From Rhodospirillaceae bacterium (GTDB taxonomy: Bacteria > Pseudomonadota > Gammaproteobacteria > Steroidobacterales > Rariloculaceae): 64,000 nt of DNA. Positions within the stretch are counted from its first letter, which is position 1; every line of letters starts with the position of its first letter. The notes under the pieces were generated by a model. It was not told where the DNA came from. It saw nothing but the letters and a program-made list of their open reading frames with translations, and did no database searches. The DNA lies in NCBI GenBank assembly GCA_024638465.1, contig JAHEKF010000006.1, positions 10,777 through 74,776 of the forward strand. The letters are read 5' to 3'. Shown here piece after piece: positions 8,997-18,264 of the stretch. A program made the position numbers and the translations under genes.

Positions 8997-9968
8997 TCAG
9001 AGCGCTTCCAGACCCGGGCCGAGCCCGCTTTCGATGACATCGATCACGCCGGGCACGCCACGCAGCGCCGTGACCACGGTGGGCACAACATCCGGGGTGC
9101 AAACTGCCTTGACCTGTGGTCCCGCGTCGATCGTGAAAAACACCGGCGTCCCTGCGGCTTGAAGTGCCGCGCAGGCTTGCAGGCACGCGACGGTCGCAGG
9201 GTTCCAGTAAAGCAGCGGTGGTTGGTTGGCCATCGCGGCAGCGTGCATCTTGAGGCAACTGTGTTCAGCGACTCTGGCAAGTGCTGCAAAGTCTTTCGCC
9301 AGTATTGCGCTTCGTCCCAGAGCGAGATCGGCTGCGCTCGTCTCTACCCACGCCGAATAATAGGGCGACGTCGCCGCCGACGCAGCCATGCCGGAGCGTG
9401 ATCCAACCGGCTTCTCGCCGCGGCCGGTAATCGCGATAACGACAACCAAGGGCCACGCAGCTGCGTCCAGAAGTGGTTCCGCATAGCTGTCGCTGCCATC
9501 GACTGCCGAGCCGGCGTGCATCTCCACGAAGCCACCGAAAATCGAGCGGGCAGCTGAGCCGGAACCGCGACGCGCAAGCACGCTCAGCTCTCGCTCCGTC
9601 AGCTCCAGACCGAGTGCGCGGGTCGCCGCCGCGCTCAACGCGGCGAATCCCGAGGCGGATGACGCGAGCCCCGCGCCGGTCGGGAAGTTATTCTCGCTGC
9701 TGACTCTTGCCGGTAGAGTCACGCCAGCGAGTTCGCGTACGAGATCCAGGGTGTTCGAGGCTCGCGCGAGCTGGTCGGGACGGGAAGTGCCGCCGAGCAG
9801 GAACTCGTCACCCGATAATTCGTCCGAGAACTCGACTTCGGTATCGGACCAAAGTCGATCGAGCGTGACCGATATCGATCCCACAGCGGGGATATTCAGC
9901 CTGTCATCCGCCTTTCCCCAGTACTTGATCAGAGCGATATTCGCTCGGGCTCGAACGCGCGCTTTCAT
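8997..9968 (-). CDS. mvaD: diphosphomevalonate decarboxylase
   Basis: ANIALIKYWGKADDRLNIP and GLASSASGFAALS are hallmark MDD motifs. 323 aa. Confidence 0.92.
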   Translation of the reverse strand: MKARVRARANIALIKYWGKADDRLNIPAVGSISVTLDRLWSDTEVEFSDELSGDEFLLGGTSRPDQLARASNTLDLVRELAGVTLPARVSSENNFPTGAGLASSASGFAALSAAATRALGLELTERELSVLARRGSGSAARSIFGGFVEMHAGSAVDGSDSYAEPLLDAAAWPLVVVIAITGRGEKPVGSRSGMAASAATSPYYSAWVETSAADLALGRSAILAKDFAALARVAEHSCLKMHAAAMANQPPLLYWNPATVACLQACAALQAAGTPVFFTIDAGPQVKAVCTPDVVPTVVTALRGVPGVIDVIESGLGPGLEAL

Positions 9969-9977
9969 GTCCCTACC

Positions 9978-10964
9978 CTACAGGTAATGATGCTCGCGAA
10001 ACCAGCCGACCGCGGCGGCAATGGCCTCGACGGGCGGGCGTGACTGGTAGCCGAGCTCCTGCCTGGCTTTTTCGCTGGAGAAGTACATGCGTTTAGCAGA
10101 CATTCGAACAGCGTCGAGCGTGACACGCGGCTCGACAGCCGCGAGCCGCGCCCAGGCTTCCGCCAGAAAGGCGACCGGAATAACGACCCGGTGCGGCAAG
10201 CGAACTGATGGCGGTTTACGCCCGGTTTGCGCGGCGACGAACGCAAGTATTTCGCGAAGGGTCAGGTCCTCACCGCCGAGAATATACCGCTCTCCCAAAT
10301 GACCTTTCTCCAGGGCGAGCAGGTGGCCCTCCGCGACATCATCCACATGAACGACATTGAGGCCGGTATCGACATAGGCCGGAATTCGCCCCGCCGCAGC
10401 GTCGACGATAATCCTCCCGGTCGGCGTTGGCTTGAAATCACCGGGACCGATAGGCGTTGAAGGATTGACCGTAACGACGTCGAGTCCAAGTTTGCGGGCA
10501 CGCTCACCGACCGCGATCTCGGCTCGATACTTCGAGCGCTTATACGTACCGGTCATATCTGCTATCGAAACCGGCGTCTCTTCGTTCGCAGGACGGCCAT
10601 CCGCATGCAGGCCCAGAGTCGCGACACTCGATGTGTACACAACTCGATCGACGCCAGCAGCCGCGGCCGCCTCGATGACGTTGACGGAACCTTCGATGTT
10701 GGTCCGGTTCATGTTTTCCGGGTCCGGAACCCAGATTCGATAGTCGGCCGCGACGTGAAAAACCGCGCGGCAGCCCGACATCGCAGGCGCGAGCGACTCG
10801 CTGACGGTGATGTCGCCTTCGGCGATCTCCGCGTCGAGTCCGGCCAGGTTCTGCCGATCACTGCCTGGACGAACGAATGCCCGCACCCGCTCTCCGCGCG
10901 CCAGCAATGCGCGGACGACGGCAGCACCGACGAAACCGTTGCCGCCTGTAACCAGATTCGTCAC
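9978..10964 (-). CDS. hpnA: hopanoid-associated NAD-dependent sugar epimerase/reductase (HpnA)
   Basis: Contains the Rossmann motif VTGGNGFVGAAVV and the YKRSK (YxxxK) motif of extended SDRs. 328 aa. GTGA overlap with hpnN. Confidence 0.85.
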   Translation of the reverse strand: MTNLVTGGNGFVGAAVVRALLARGERVRAFVRPGSDRQNLAGLDAEIAEGDITVSESLAPAMSGCRAVFHVAADYRIWVPDPENMNRTNIEGSVNVIEAAAAAGVDRVVYTSSVATLGLHADGRPANEETPVSIADMTGTYKRSKYRAEIAVGERARKLGLDVVTVNPSTPIGPGDFKPTPTGRIIVDAAAGRIPAYVDTGLNVVHVDDVAEGHLLALEKGHLGERYILGGEDLTLREILAFVAAQTGRKPPSVRLPHRVVIPVAFLAEAWARLAAVEPRVTLDAVRMSAKRMYFSSEKARQELGYQSRPPVEAIAAAVGWFREHHYL

Positions 10965-13573
10965 GCTGTCCGGAAGATATTCAATAAGGCAGGAAGCACG
11001 ATCAGTGTCGCCGCCAGCGTCGCGATCATACCCATCGTCAATACCTGGCCCATGCTGGACATACCGAGATGAGATGCGAACGCGAGGTTGCCGAAACTTG
11101 CGATCGTGGTAAGTCCGCTGGCAAGCACGGCGCGCGATGTACTCGTGCCACTGATATTCCCGTCCGTCGGCGGCTCTGAGCGCATGCGATGAACGATATG
11201 TATGCCGTTGTCAACGCCGATTCCCAACAGTAACGGCAATGCGATGACGTTGGCGAAGTTGAACTCGAGACCGACCACGACTGTGGCCGCGGCTGTTGCA
11301 GCCGCAGCGAGCAGGACCGGAACAAGGACCAGTAACGCATCGCGCCATCGCGCAAGAAATATAAAAAGGATAATGCTGACGAGGATCAGCGCATAGGTCA
11401 GCGCCAGCTCGAATGAACGCGCTACCGTTCGCCCTGCTTCTTCGTAGACGACCGGCAATCCGGTCGCAGTTCTTACAACGGACCTGACGCTCGACACGAA
11501 GCGCTCGGACTGCATATTGTCCGTCACATCGACTGCCGGCTGGATCTCGATCAGGCGGCTGCCGTCAGTGGCGATCCAGCGATCCAGCAGGTCCGGCGGG
11601 AGGTCCTCTAGCGTGATGGAATTCGCGTAGGAGAGCGCTGTGTCGATCCGTCCGAGCTGCACTGGAAGCGTCCGCAGCAAATCCGAATCGAGACGGACCA
11701 GCTTCGCCTGCCGCGCCATCTCGGGCTGAGAACCGATAACCGCCAGCAGATTTCCAAGCGACGCTCCCAGCGTGACGAGGCTCGGACTCGGCACGGACAC
11801 CGCAGCTACGCGCGCGTTGAGCCCGACGAGCGACGCCAGCAACGCATCGGGCTCAGGTTCGACTGACGCAAAATCCGCAAAGTCCGGCCCGAGCAGCAGG
11901 CCAATGTCTTCCAGCAACAGCAATTTGGTGTCCTGGTCGGACGGGACGAGCGAGGCGGCGGTAGCGACGGAGTCGACTGTATCGAGCTCCGCCAGCGCCT
12001 GAGACCACTCGATTGCTCTGGCCTCATCAGGTGCCAACGCCACCATATTGAGCGGCAGCGCGTCGCCGTCGCGCGCAAGCTCCTGCAGCGTCTGCACCGA
12101 TTCGGTATCCGGATCGCGCAAATTGACCGGGTTGCGATCGAATCCGATTCGCGGCACCAGGATCGCCGACACAACCGCGATCGCGACCGCCGAGATCAGA
12201 ATTTTCCAGGGATAGTCGAGCACGAGCGACAGACAGCCCGCTCCGAGCCACGGCCGCCGTACCCGCGAATCGTCTCTCAGGACCAACGATATCAACGCGG
12301 GAAGCAGCGTGACGCTGACGATGAGACTCAAAAACATGCCTGTTCCGGAAATCAGTCCGAGCTCCGACACGCCGGAGAAAGGCGTTGGGATAAAGGCATA
12401 GAATCCTGCCGCGGTTGTGAAGCTACAGATCACGAGTGAGGTGCCAACGCCGCCGACGGTCGCGACGATCGCCTCGTCGAGTCCGGCGCCATCGCCGCGA
12501 AGCTCGTTCAGGCGCAGGCCAATATGCAGGATGAAGTCGACACCCAGCCCGATATATAAAACGGCGAACGCCACCGAGATCAGGTTCAGATTACCGATGG
12601 TTGCGGCCGCAAACGCAGCGGTTAACGACAGGCCGACGAGCAGTGTCGTAATTGAAATCACGAGCAATGCGACCGAGCGCAACGCCGCGTAAAGGATGGC
12701 GGCGACGAGCAGGAGGGCGGCCAGTCCGGCCACCGCAGCGCCGCGCGTTACGCTCGTCATTTCCTCGTGTTCCATCGCGACGGTACCCGTGACACGCGCA
12801 CGCACGTCGCCAGGCGCGGCCAAAGAGAGCTCGGCAATAATCTCTCGTATCCCCTCGATAGCGGCCGCCGCGGGGCGCGGTGAGGAAAAATCCTGCACCG
12901 GCTGCAGGATCACATAGCGCCTTGCCGGTCCGCCGCGCTCGCCTCCCAGCAATGCCTGCCACGACAGCGCGCGACTCTGGCCGCTCGCGGCGGCATCGAA
13001 CACGCGCGCCGTTTCGGCATAGAGCGGATCCGTCTCCGGCTCCCCATACGCGACGATCTCGGAAACAACATCGACGAATTCCGCGCCCGAGTAGTTCTGC
13101 TTCAGTCGTCCTGTCAGCGGTTGCGCTCGCGCAAGCCGGTCCGTGAGCGACTCGAGTTCGTCCACGTCGAGATACAACATACCGTGACGCTCGAAAAATT
13201 CGCCTGCCCCAGGCACGACGATTCCGCGATAGAGCGCCGGAGTTTCCCGTAGTCGTTCGGCCAGGAGCAGCGCGGCTGCCTCGGCGTCTTCCGCGATTGC
13301 TGCATCGACAACGATGACGATATTTCGATCGCGAATCGGGAATTTCTCGCGGAAAGCAAGGTAATCCTGACGCCATTCGAGCTCCGCGGAGATCATGTCC
13401 GCGGTATCGGTATTAAGCCCCAAATTCCGCGAAGCGAACCAGGCTGACAGTGCCGCCAATGCCATACAGACGACGATTGTGAGTGCGCGACGGCGCAGAA
13501 CCAGCCCGACCCAGACTCGCAACGCTTGCGCAATTCGAATCTCGATCTGACCCTGCTTCATCGCTTCAATCAC
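10961..13573 (-). CDS. hpnN: RND/MMPL-superfamily hopanoid transporter (HpnN)
   Basis: 870 aa with two blocks of about 6 TM helices separated by large soluble loops, which is RND topology. The N-terminus resembles the HpnN family. It is embedded between hpnG and hpnA. Confidence 0.88.
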   Translation of the reverse strand: MIEAMKQGQIEIRIAQALRVWVGLVLRRRALTIVVCMALAALSAWFASRNLGLNTDTADMISAELEWRQDYLAFREKFPIRDRNIVIVVDAAIAEDAEAAALLLAERLRETPALYRGIVVPGAGEFFERHGMLYLDVDELESLTDRLARAQPLTGRLKQNYSGAEFVDVVSEIVAYGEPETDPLYAETARVFDAAASGQSRALSWQALLGGERGGPARRYVILQPVQDFSSPRPAAAAIEGIREIIAELSLAAPGDVRARVTGTVAMEHEEMTSVTRGAAVAGLAALLLVAAILYAALRSVALLVISITTLLVGLSLTAAFAAATIGNLNLISVAFAVLYIGLGVDFILHIGLRLNELRGDGAGLDEAIVATVGGVGTSLVICSFTTAAGFYAFIPTPFSGVSELGLISGTGMFLSLIVSVTLLPALISLVLRDDSRVRRPWLGAGCLSLVLDYPWKILISAVAIAVVSAILVPRIGFDRNPVNLRDPDTESVQTLQELARDGDALPLNMVALAPDEARAIEWSQALAELDTVDSVATAASLVPSDQDTKLLLLEDIGLLLGPDFADFASVEPEPDALLASLVGLNARVAAVSVPSPSLVTLGASLGNLLAVIGSQPEMARQAKLVRLDSDLLRTLPVQLGRIDTALSYANSITLEDLPPDLLDRWIATDGSRLIEIQPAVDVTDNMQSERFVSSVRSVVRTATGLPVVYEEAGRTVARSFELALTYALILVSIILFIFLARWRDALLVLVPVLLAAAATAAATVVVGLEFNFANVIALPLLLGIGVDNGIHIVHRMRSEPPTDGNISGTSTSRAVLASGLTTIASFGNLAFASHLGMSSMGQVLTMGMIATLAATLIVLPALLNIFRTA

Positions 13574-14327
13574 CGGCCATGGCTGCGTCGTCGAACACTA
13601 GACCGTGCGGAACCAGCAGTGCGGAAGCAGCCGCTAGCGATCGACGCGCGGCACGGTAACGACGGAACAGGTTCACAAGACTCGGCCAGTCGCGCGGGTT
13701 GACTAATACCGCCCATGCCGCACCCGGTTTTCGATTGCCGGCCTCGTCAATCCACGCTTCAACGCCGGCCGGCAATGAATCTTCACTAGTATCGACTACG
13801 ACCCGGACAGCGACGAAAGGACGCCTCGCATCTGCTGACGCGCGCGCGATCGCGGCCGATTCCATATCGACTGCAACGGCGCCCGTAGTAGTTGCTATCG
13901 CCGCTTTCTCGGTCGCGGTCTTTAACACGTCAGGCGACTGATAGAGATCGCCTTCATCAACTGGAAACCGCGTTTTGAGACTGCGACAGAGTTGCATACG
14001 CCAGCGAGAGTCCGTGTCGAAAACCGCGCCGGATTGCGCTCGCACTCGCCGCGGCACGACAATCGTGCCGCTCCGAAGCCCGCGTTGCAGGCCACCTGCA
14101 ACTCCCCACGACACGATCGCTGTTGCACCGGCTGCAAGCGCGGTACGCGTTGCGTCATAGGCGCGATCTTGACCGGGACCGCATTGGTACACATGAATCG
14201 GGGACTGGTTAAGTGCGTCGATCCTGGCATCGAGCGAAGCGTGTTCGAATGCGAGCGCCGAAATGACGGCTATGTCGCTCGCCGACCCCGCCTCATCGAT
14301 CGTGTATGGACTAGAGCCGGCCCGCAT
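13566..14327 (-). CDS. hpnG: hopanoid-associated phosphorylase/nucleosidase (adenosylhopane nucleosidase, HpnG)
   Basis: PNP/UDP-family features: AVISALAFE, SWGVAGGL and VAVDMESAAIA. The track ORF starts at 14432, but the ATG at 14325-14327 (MRAGSSPYT...) gives the expected length of about 250 aa and a 17-nt overlap with sqs. Confidence 0.85.
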   Translation of the reverse strand: MRAGSSPYTIDEAGSASDIAVISALAFEHASLDARIDALNQSPIHVYQCGPGQDRAYDATRTALAAGATAIVSWGVAGGLQRGLRSGTIVVPRRVRAQSGAVFDTDSRWRMQLCRSLKTRFPVDEGDLYQSPDVLKTATEKAAIATTTGAVAVDMESAAIARASADARRPFVAVRVVVDTSEDSLPAGVEAWIDEAGNRKPGAAWAVLVNPRDWPSLVNLFRRYRAARRSLAAASALLVPHGLVFDDAAMAGD

Positions 14328-15447
14328 CCAACCGTTCCAGCGGCGACACGCGGGGACGGAGATCGGGACTCGACTCAGGCGACTCCAGCGGCAGTCCGGC
14401 CGCGGCAAGCGAGAACAACGCTCGCAGCACATAGTCGCTACGAAGCGTGAGATTAGTCGCGAATATTGTCGCCTTTACGCTTCGGCGCGAAATCTTGACC
14501 TGCTTCGAAGAAGAGAAATCCGGATTAGCGTGCAGCTTGCGAAGCGTCAGCACTGCCAGACCGATCGCCCAGAGACAGAATTTTCTGATGCCAGCCTCGC
14601 GGCCTGGAATAATGAGCGTGTAGTCGAGCGCCACGCGCAGGTGTCGATGAGCGATCCCGATAAGTTCGTTGAGCCCCTCGCGAAATACATCGGAGCCATG
14701 CTCGCGATCGAGGTTTTCGAGATCGAATTCGGCTTCGCTGAAGACGGAGCGCGGCAGCCAGCACGTCTCGGCCTGCCGATCCTCCCAGATGTCCTTGAGG
14801 ATATTGGTCAGTTGCAGGCCCTGGCCGAACGACAGCGCAAGCCGCATCATTTCTTCGCGACGCGGTTGCAACTCCGGGCAGTGAACGCAAAAAAGCTCTG
14901 TCAGCATCTCGCCAACGACACCGGCAACGAAGTAGCAGTAGTCGGCCAGTTCATCGGTATCCCCGAGGCCGGCAAGACTTTTGCGTCGCTGAAACTCCGG
15001 CATGCCCCGACACATGATTTCAACACAACGCGTTAGTGCCTCGCGCTCCTGCATAGAAAACCCGGAAGTAACGCGGATTACGGTCGCCGTTCCGGCAACC
15101 AGGTCGCGCTCATCATCGAGTGTCCTCGAGGACAGTAGCGGCAGCAGGTCGGCGGAGAACGTTTCCGCATCCTCCTCGCCCCGGACGATCTCGACGAAGC
15201 GCTGGTGAAACTCGGATTTCTGTTCGTTATCGAGCCCGACGTCGTCCTCGATGGTGTCGGCCAGCCGACACAGCAGATACGCGTTTGCGACGACCTGAGC
15301 GAGACGTTCAGGCAACACGGGAATCGTCAGCGCGAAAGTTCGCGAAACGCCCGGCAGTATCTGTTTCTGGTACTCGAGATCGGTCAATGAGTCGACGACC
15401 GGTCCGCTGTTGATTGGCTTCACACTCACCCGGGCCGTTCGCGCCAC
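14311..15447 (-). CDS. sqs: squalene synthase (single-enzyme, FDFT1/Sqs type; trans-isoprenyl diphosphate synthase head-to-head family)
   Basis: Motifs GVSRTFALTIP, CRLADTIEDD (first Asp-rich), YCYFVAGVVGEMLT and GLQLTNILKDIWED are present. The start codon is uncertain because only 22 nt separate it from ispA. Confidence 0.85.
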   Translation of the reverse strand: MARTARVSVKPINSGPVVDSLTDLEYQKQILPGVSRTFALTIPVLPERLAQVVANAYLLCRLADTIEDDVGLDNEQKSEFHQRFVEIVRGEEDAETFSADLLPLLSSRTLDDERDLVAGTATVIRVTSGFSMQEREALTRCVEIMCRGMPEFQRRKSLAGLGDTDELADYCYFVAGVVGEMLTELFCVHCPELQPRREEMMRLALSFGQGLQLTNILKDIWEDRQAETCWLPRSVFSEAEFDLENLDREHGSDVFREGLNELIGIAHRHLRVALDYTLIIPGREAGIRKFCLWAIGLAVLTLRKLHANPDFSSSKQVKISRRSVKATIFATNLTLRSDYVLRALFSLAAAGLPLESPESSPDLRPRVSPLERLDAGRL

Positions 15448-15469
15448 ATCGGTGGTAGGATCAGCGCGT

Positions 15470-16378
15470 ATGATAGCACGCGCCCCAGAGCAGACTTTCG
15501 CGGACCGGCTCGAGCATTATCGTTCGCGCGTCGACGCCGAACTCGAGCAGGTCGTCGCCGGCGCAAAAGACGTGCCCGCGCGACTGCACGATGCGATGAC
15601 CTATTCCGTGCTCGGCGGCGGAAAGCGAATACGCCCGCTGCTGGCTTATGCAAGCGCAGAGCTATTCGAGCTCGACGAGTCGCTTATCGACCCGGTTGCG
15701 GCTGCGGTCGAGCTCGTGCACGCCTATTCGCTTGTCCATGATGACCTGCCTGCTATGGACGACGACGACCTGCGGCGCGGCAGGGCCACGACGCACCGCC
15801 AGTTCGATGAAGCCACCGCGATACTCGCTGGCGACGCGCTCCAGGCTCTCGCGTTCGAAGTCTTGACCAACGATGTCCGACTCGGAAAGAACCCCTCAAC
15901 GCAGATCCAGACCACCCGGCGACTTGCTTCGGCAATCGGGCCCTCTGGAATGGCAGGCGGTCAGGCAATGGATATAGCGGCTGAGGGAGCACGCATCGAC
16001 GAAAAGACGCTGGAAGATATCCACCGCCGGAAGACCGGCGAACTGATTCGCGCGTCGATCGCAATACCGGGAATACTCGCCAGCACGTCTCGCGAGATCT
16101 CCATGGAGCTCGAAGCGTTCGGCAGCGATATCGGGCTGGTATTTCAGATTCGCGACGATTTGCTCGAGGTTGAGCAGGACACGGCAACGTTGGGCAAGAA
16201 CGCCGGCTCGGACGAAGAGAAAGAGAAAGCCACCTACCCGTCGATTCTCGGCGTCAAAGGCGCGGAAAATCGTGCAAGCGAACTTTACTCTCGCGCAATG
16301 CAGAAGCTCGAGAACCTCGGAACGCGGTCTGAAGGGCTACGCTGGGTCTCCGACTACATCATCAATCGTTCGAACTGA
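15470..16378 (+). CDS. ispA: farnesyl diphosphate synthase (geranyltranstransferase)
   Basis: Motifs GGKRIRPLL, VHAYSLVHDDLPAMDDDDLRRG (FARM) and FQIRDDLLE (SARM) are present. ATG 15470 follows GGTAGGA. The track ORF begins earlier, at 15410. Confidence 0.92.
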   Translation: MIARAPEQTFADRLEHYRSRVDAELEQVVAGAKDVPARLHDAMTYSVLGGGKRIRPLLAYASAELFELDESLIDPVAAAVELVHAYSLVHDDLPAMDDDDLRRGRATTHRQFDEATAILAGDALQALAFEVLTNDVRLGKNPSTQIQTTRRLASAIGPSGMAGGQAMDIAAEGARIDEKTLEDIHRRKTGELIRASIAIPGILASTSREISMELEAFGSDIGLVFQIRDDLLEVEQDTATLGKNAGSDEEKEKATYPSILGVKGAENRASELYSRAMQKLENLGTRSEGLRWVSDYIINRSN

Positions 16379-16396
16379 TTTCTACTGTTAGTCCGG

Positions 16397-16975
16397 TTAC
16401 GAAATAGTAACGAGCGTCGTAACGGGGCAGCCGGCGAGCGCGTCGCGACCGTCAAGGAACCCGAGTTCGATGACGAACGCGCAAGCTGCGACGACGCCGC
16501 CCTCTCGCTCTACGAGGTGCCGGACCGCAGCCGCGGTTCCGCCCGTCGCCAGCAGGTCGTCCACGATCAGATAGCGCTTGTCGCTCTCGATGACATCGGC
16601 GTGGAGCTCGAGATGATCGACTCCGTACTCGAGTTCATAGCGAATGCTGACGGACTCTCGCGGCAACTTGCCGCGTTTTCGAACCAGATACATGGGCATA
16701 CCGATTCGAGCCGCCAGCGCAGCACCAAAGATAAAGCCTCGCGACTCGATGGCGAGCATCCCCACCGCATCGACGCTATCAATATTCGCCGCCATGAGCT
16801 CGATTATCGTAGCGAATGCTTCCGGGCTGGAAAGCAACGGAGTAATGTCTTTGTAGACGATCCCCGGCCGCGGGAAGTCCGGAACGTCGCGAATCAATTT
16901 TTCTATTTCGGCAAGCGTCATTCGATAATCGAGATGGCCACGCGAGTTGCTACCGGAACCCGGGTCGGCGACCAT
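16397..16975 (-). CDS. apt: adenine phosphoribosyltransferase
   Basis: Motifs DFPRPGIVYKDITPLL and YLIVDDLLATGGTAAA (PRPP-binding) are present. The start is either ATG 16975, behind a GAGG Shine-Dalgarno, or ATG 16921. The track ORF to 17143 is over-extended. Confidence 0.9.
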   Translation of the reverse strand: MVADPGSGSNSRGHLDYRMTLAEIEKLIRDVPDFPRPGIVYKDITPLLSSPEAFATIIELMAANIDSVDAVGMLAIESRGFIFGAALAARIGMPMYLVRKRGKLPRESVSIRYELEYGVDHLELHADVIESDKRYLIVDDLLATGGTAAAVRHLVEREGGVVAACAFVIELGFLDGRDALAGCPVTTLVTIS

Positions 16976-17015
16976 GTTTTCGCCTCGATAGTAACAAACT
17001 GAATCGATTCGACAG

Positions 17016-18257
17016 ATGGGCCTTGGAACGGCTTTCATGCCACTGGGCATCGGTGCCCTGAACCGGAGCGGCGAAGCACTGCGCCGCCTGGGAATTGATC
17101 CGCCGCGGCTCGATCGAGATAGCCTCGTCGACGCAGCCGTCAACCGTGCGGGATCCGAGGCTTTTGGATCGTGGCCTTTCGACGAACCGCTTGATCGTTT
17201 GCTATCAGCCTACGAACGAGAAGCAGAGCTATCTACCGTCGGTCGCCTCTCGGTACGCGAGATGCTCGTCGGTCTGCTCGAGAATCTGCTTCGCCTGGAA
17301 CGGGAACGAGAACAGAACCCGGCGATCGCCGATGAGGCCATCGCTGCGCCCGTGTTCATTACGGGTCTCCCGCGTACCGGCACGACACTACTGCACGGGC
17401 TAATCGCACAAGACCCCGGGGTACGCACACCGCTCACCTGGGAAGTCATGTATCCGGCGGGCTACAGTTATTCTCCCGGAGAAGTCGCTTCTGCACGACG
17501 CCGAACGAACGCGCGACTGGATTGGGTAAAGCGGCTCGCGCCGGATTTCCAGCGCATACATGACATTGATGCAGACCTGCCTCAGGAGTGCATCGCGATC
17601 ATGGCGCAGGGACTGTTCAGCATCCAGTTCCACACGACGCATAACGTCCCGTGCTATCAGGATTGGTTCGAGCAACAGGGCCAACAGCGCGCATACGAGT
17701 TTCATCATCGCCTGCTACAGCACCTGCAGACAAAGTCACCGAGCGGCCAGTGGGTACTAAAAGCACCCGGACATCTGTTCGGTCTCGGCGAACTGCTGGC
17801 GCAATATCCCGACGCGCGAATCGTGCAGACGCATCGAAACCCGGCAGCGGTCATGGGTTCGATCGCGAGTCTGGTAACGGTGCTGCGACGCGCCTTCAGC
17901 GATCGTATCGATCCCGGGCAGATCGGTGTGGATTGGTGTCGCCGCTGGGGAGACGCGCTCGACCGCAGCTTGTCTGCCCGCGACGAAAACCCGGAGGCGC
18001 CGCTGCTCGATCTCCGCTACGACGAAATCGTCTCGGATCCTCTAGCCGTTGTCGAGCGTCTCTATGGTTTCCTGGGATGGCAGCTGGGCGCAGAAGCGCG
18101 ATCTGCGATGCAATGCTTTCTCGACGCGAACCCGAAGAACAAGTACGGCGCGCATCGCTATTCGCTGCCCGATTTCGGCCTCGACCCGTCGCGACTTCAG
18201 CAACGTTTTGCGAGCTACTGCGAGCGATTCGAGATCCAGCTGACGGCTTCGAGCTAA
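17016..18257 (+). CDS. sulfotransferase family protein
   Basis: Contains the P-loop-like 5'-PSB motif GLPRTGTTLLHG and a later HRNPAAVMGS (3'-PB-like). 413 aa. Confidence 0.75.
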   Translation: MGLGTAFMPLGIGALNRSGEALRRLGIDPPRLDRDSLVDAAVNRAGSEAFGSWPFDEPLDRLLSAYEREAELSTVGRLSVREMLVGLLENLLRLEREREQNPAIADEAIAAPVFITGLPRTGTTLLHGLIAQDPGVRTPLTWEVMYPAGYSYSPGEVASARRRTNARLDWVKRLAPDFQRIHDIDADLPQECIAIMAQGLFSIQFHTTHNVPCYQDWFEQQGQQRAYEFHHRLLQHLQTKSPSGQWVLKAPGHLFGLGELLAQYPDARIVQTHRNPAAVMGSIASLVTVLRRAFSDRIDPGQIGVDWCRRWGDALDRSLSARDENPEAPLLDLRYDEIVSDPLAVVERLYGFLGWQLGAEARSAMQCFLDANPKNKYGAHRYSLPDFGLDPSRLQQRFASYCERFEIQLTASS

Positions 18258-18264
18258 CGTGGGG

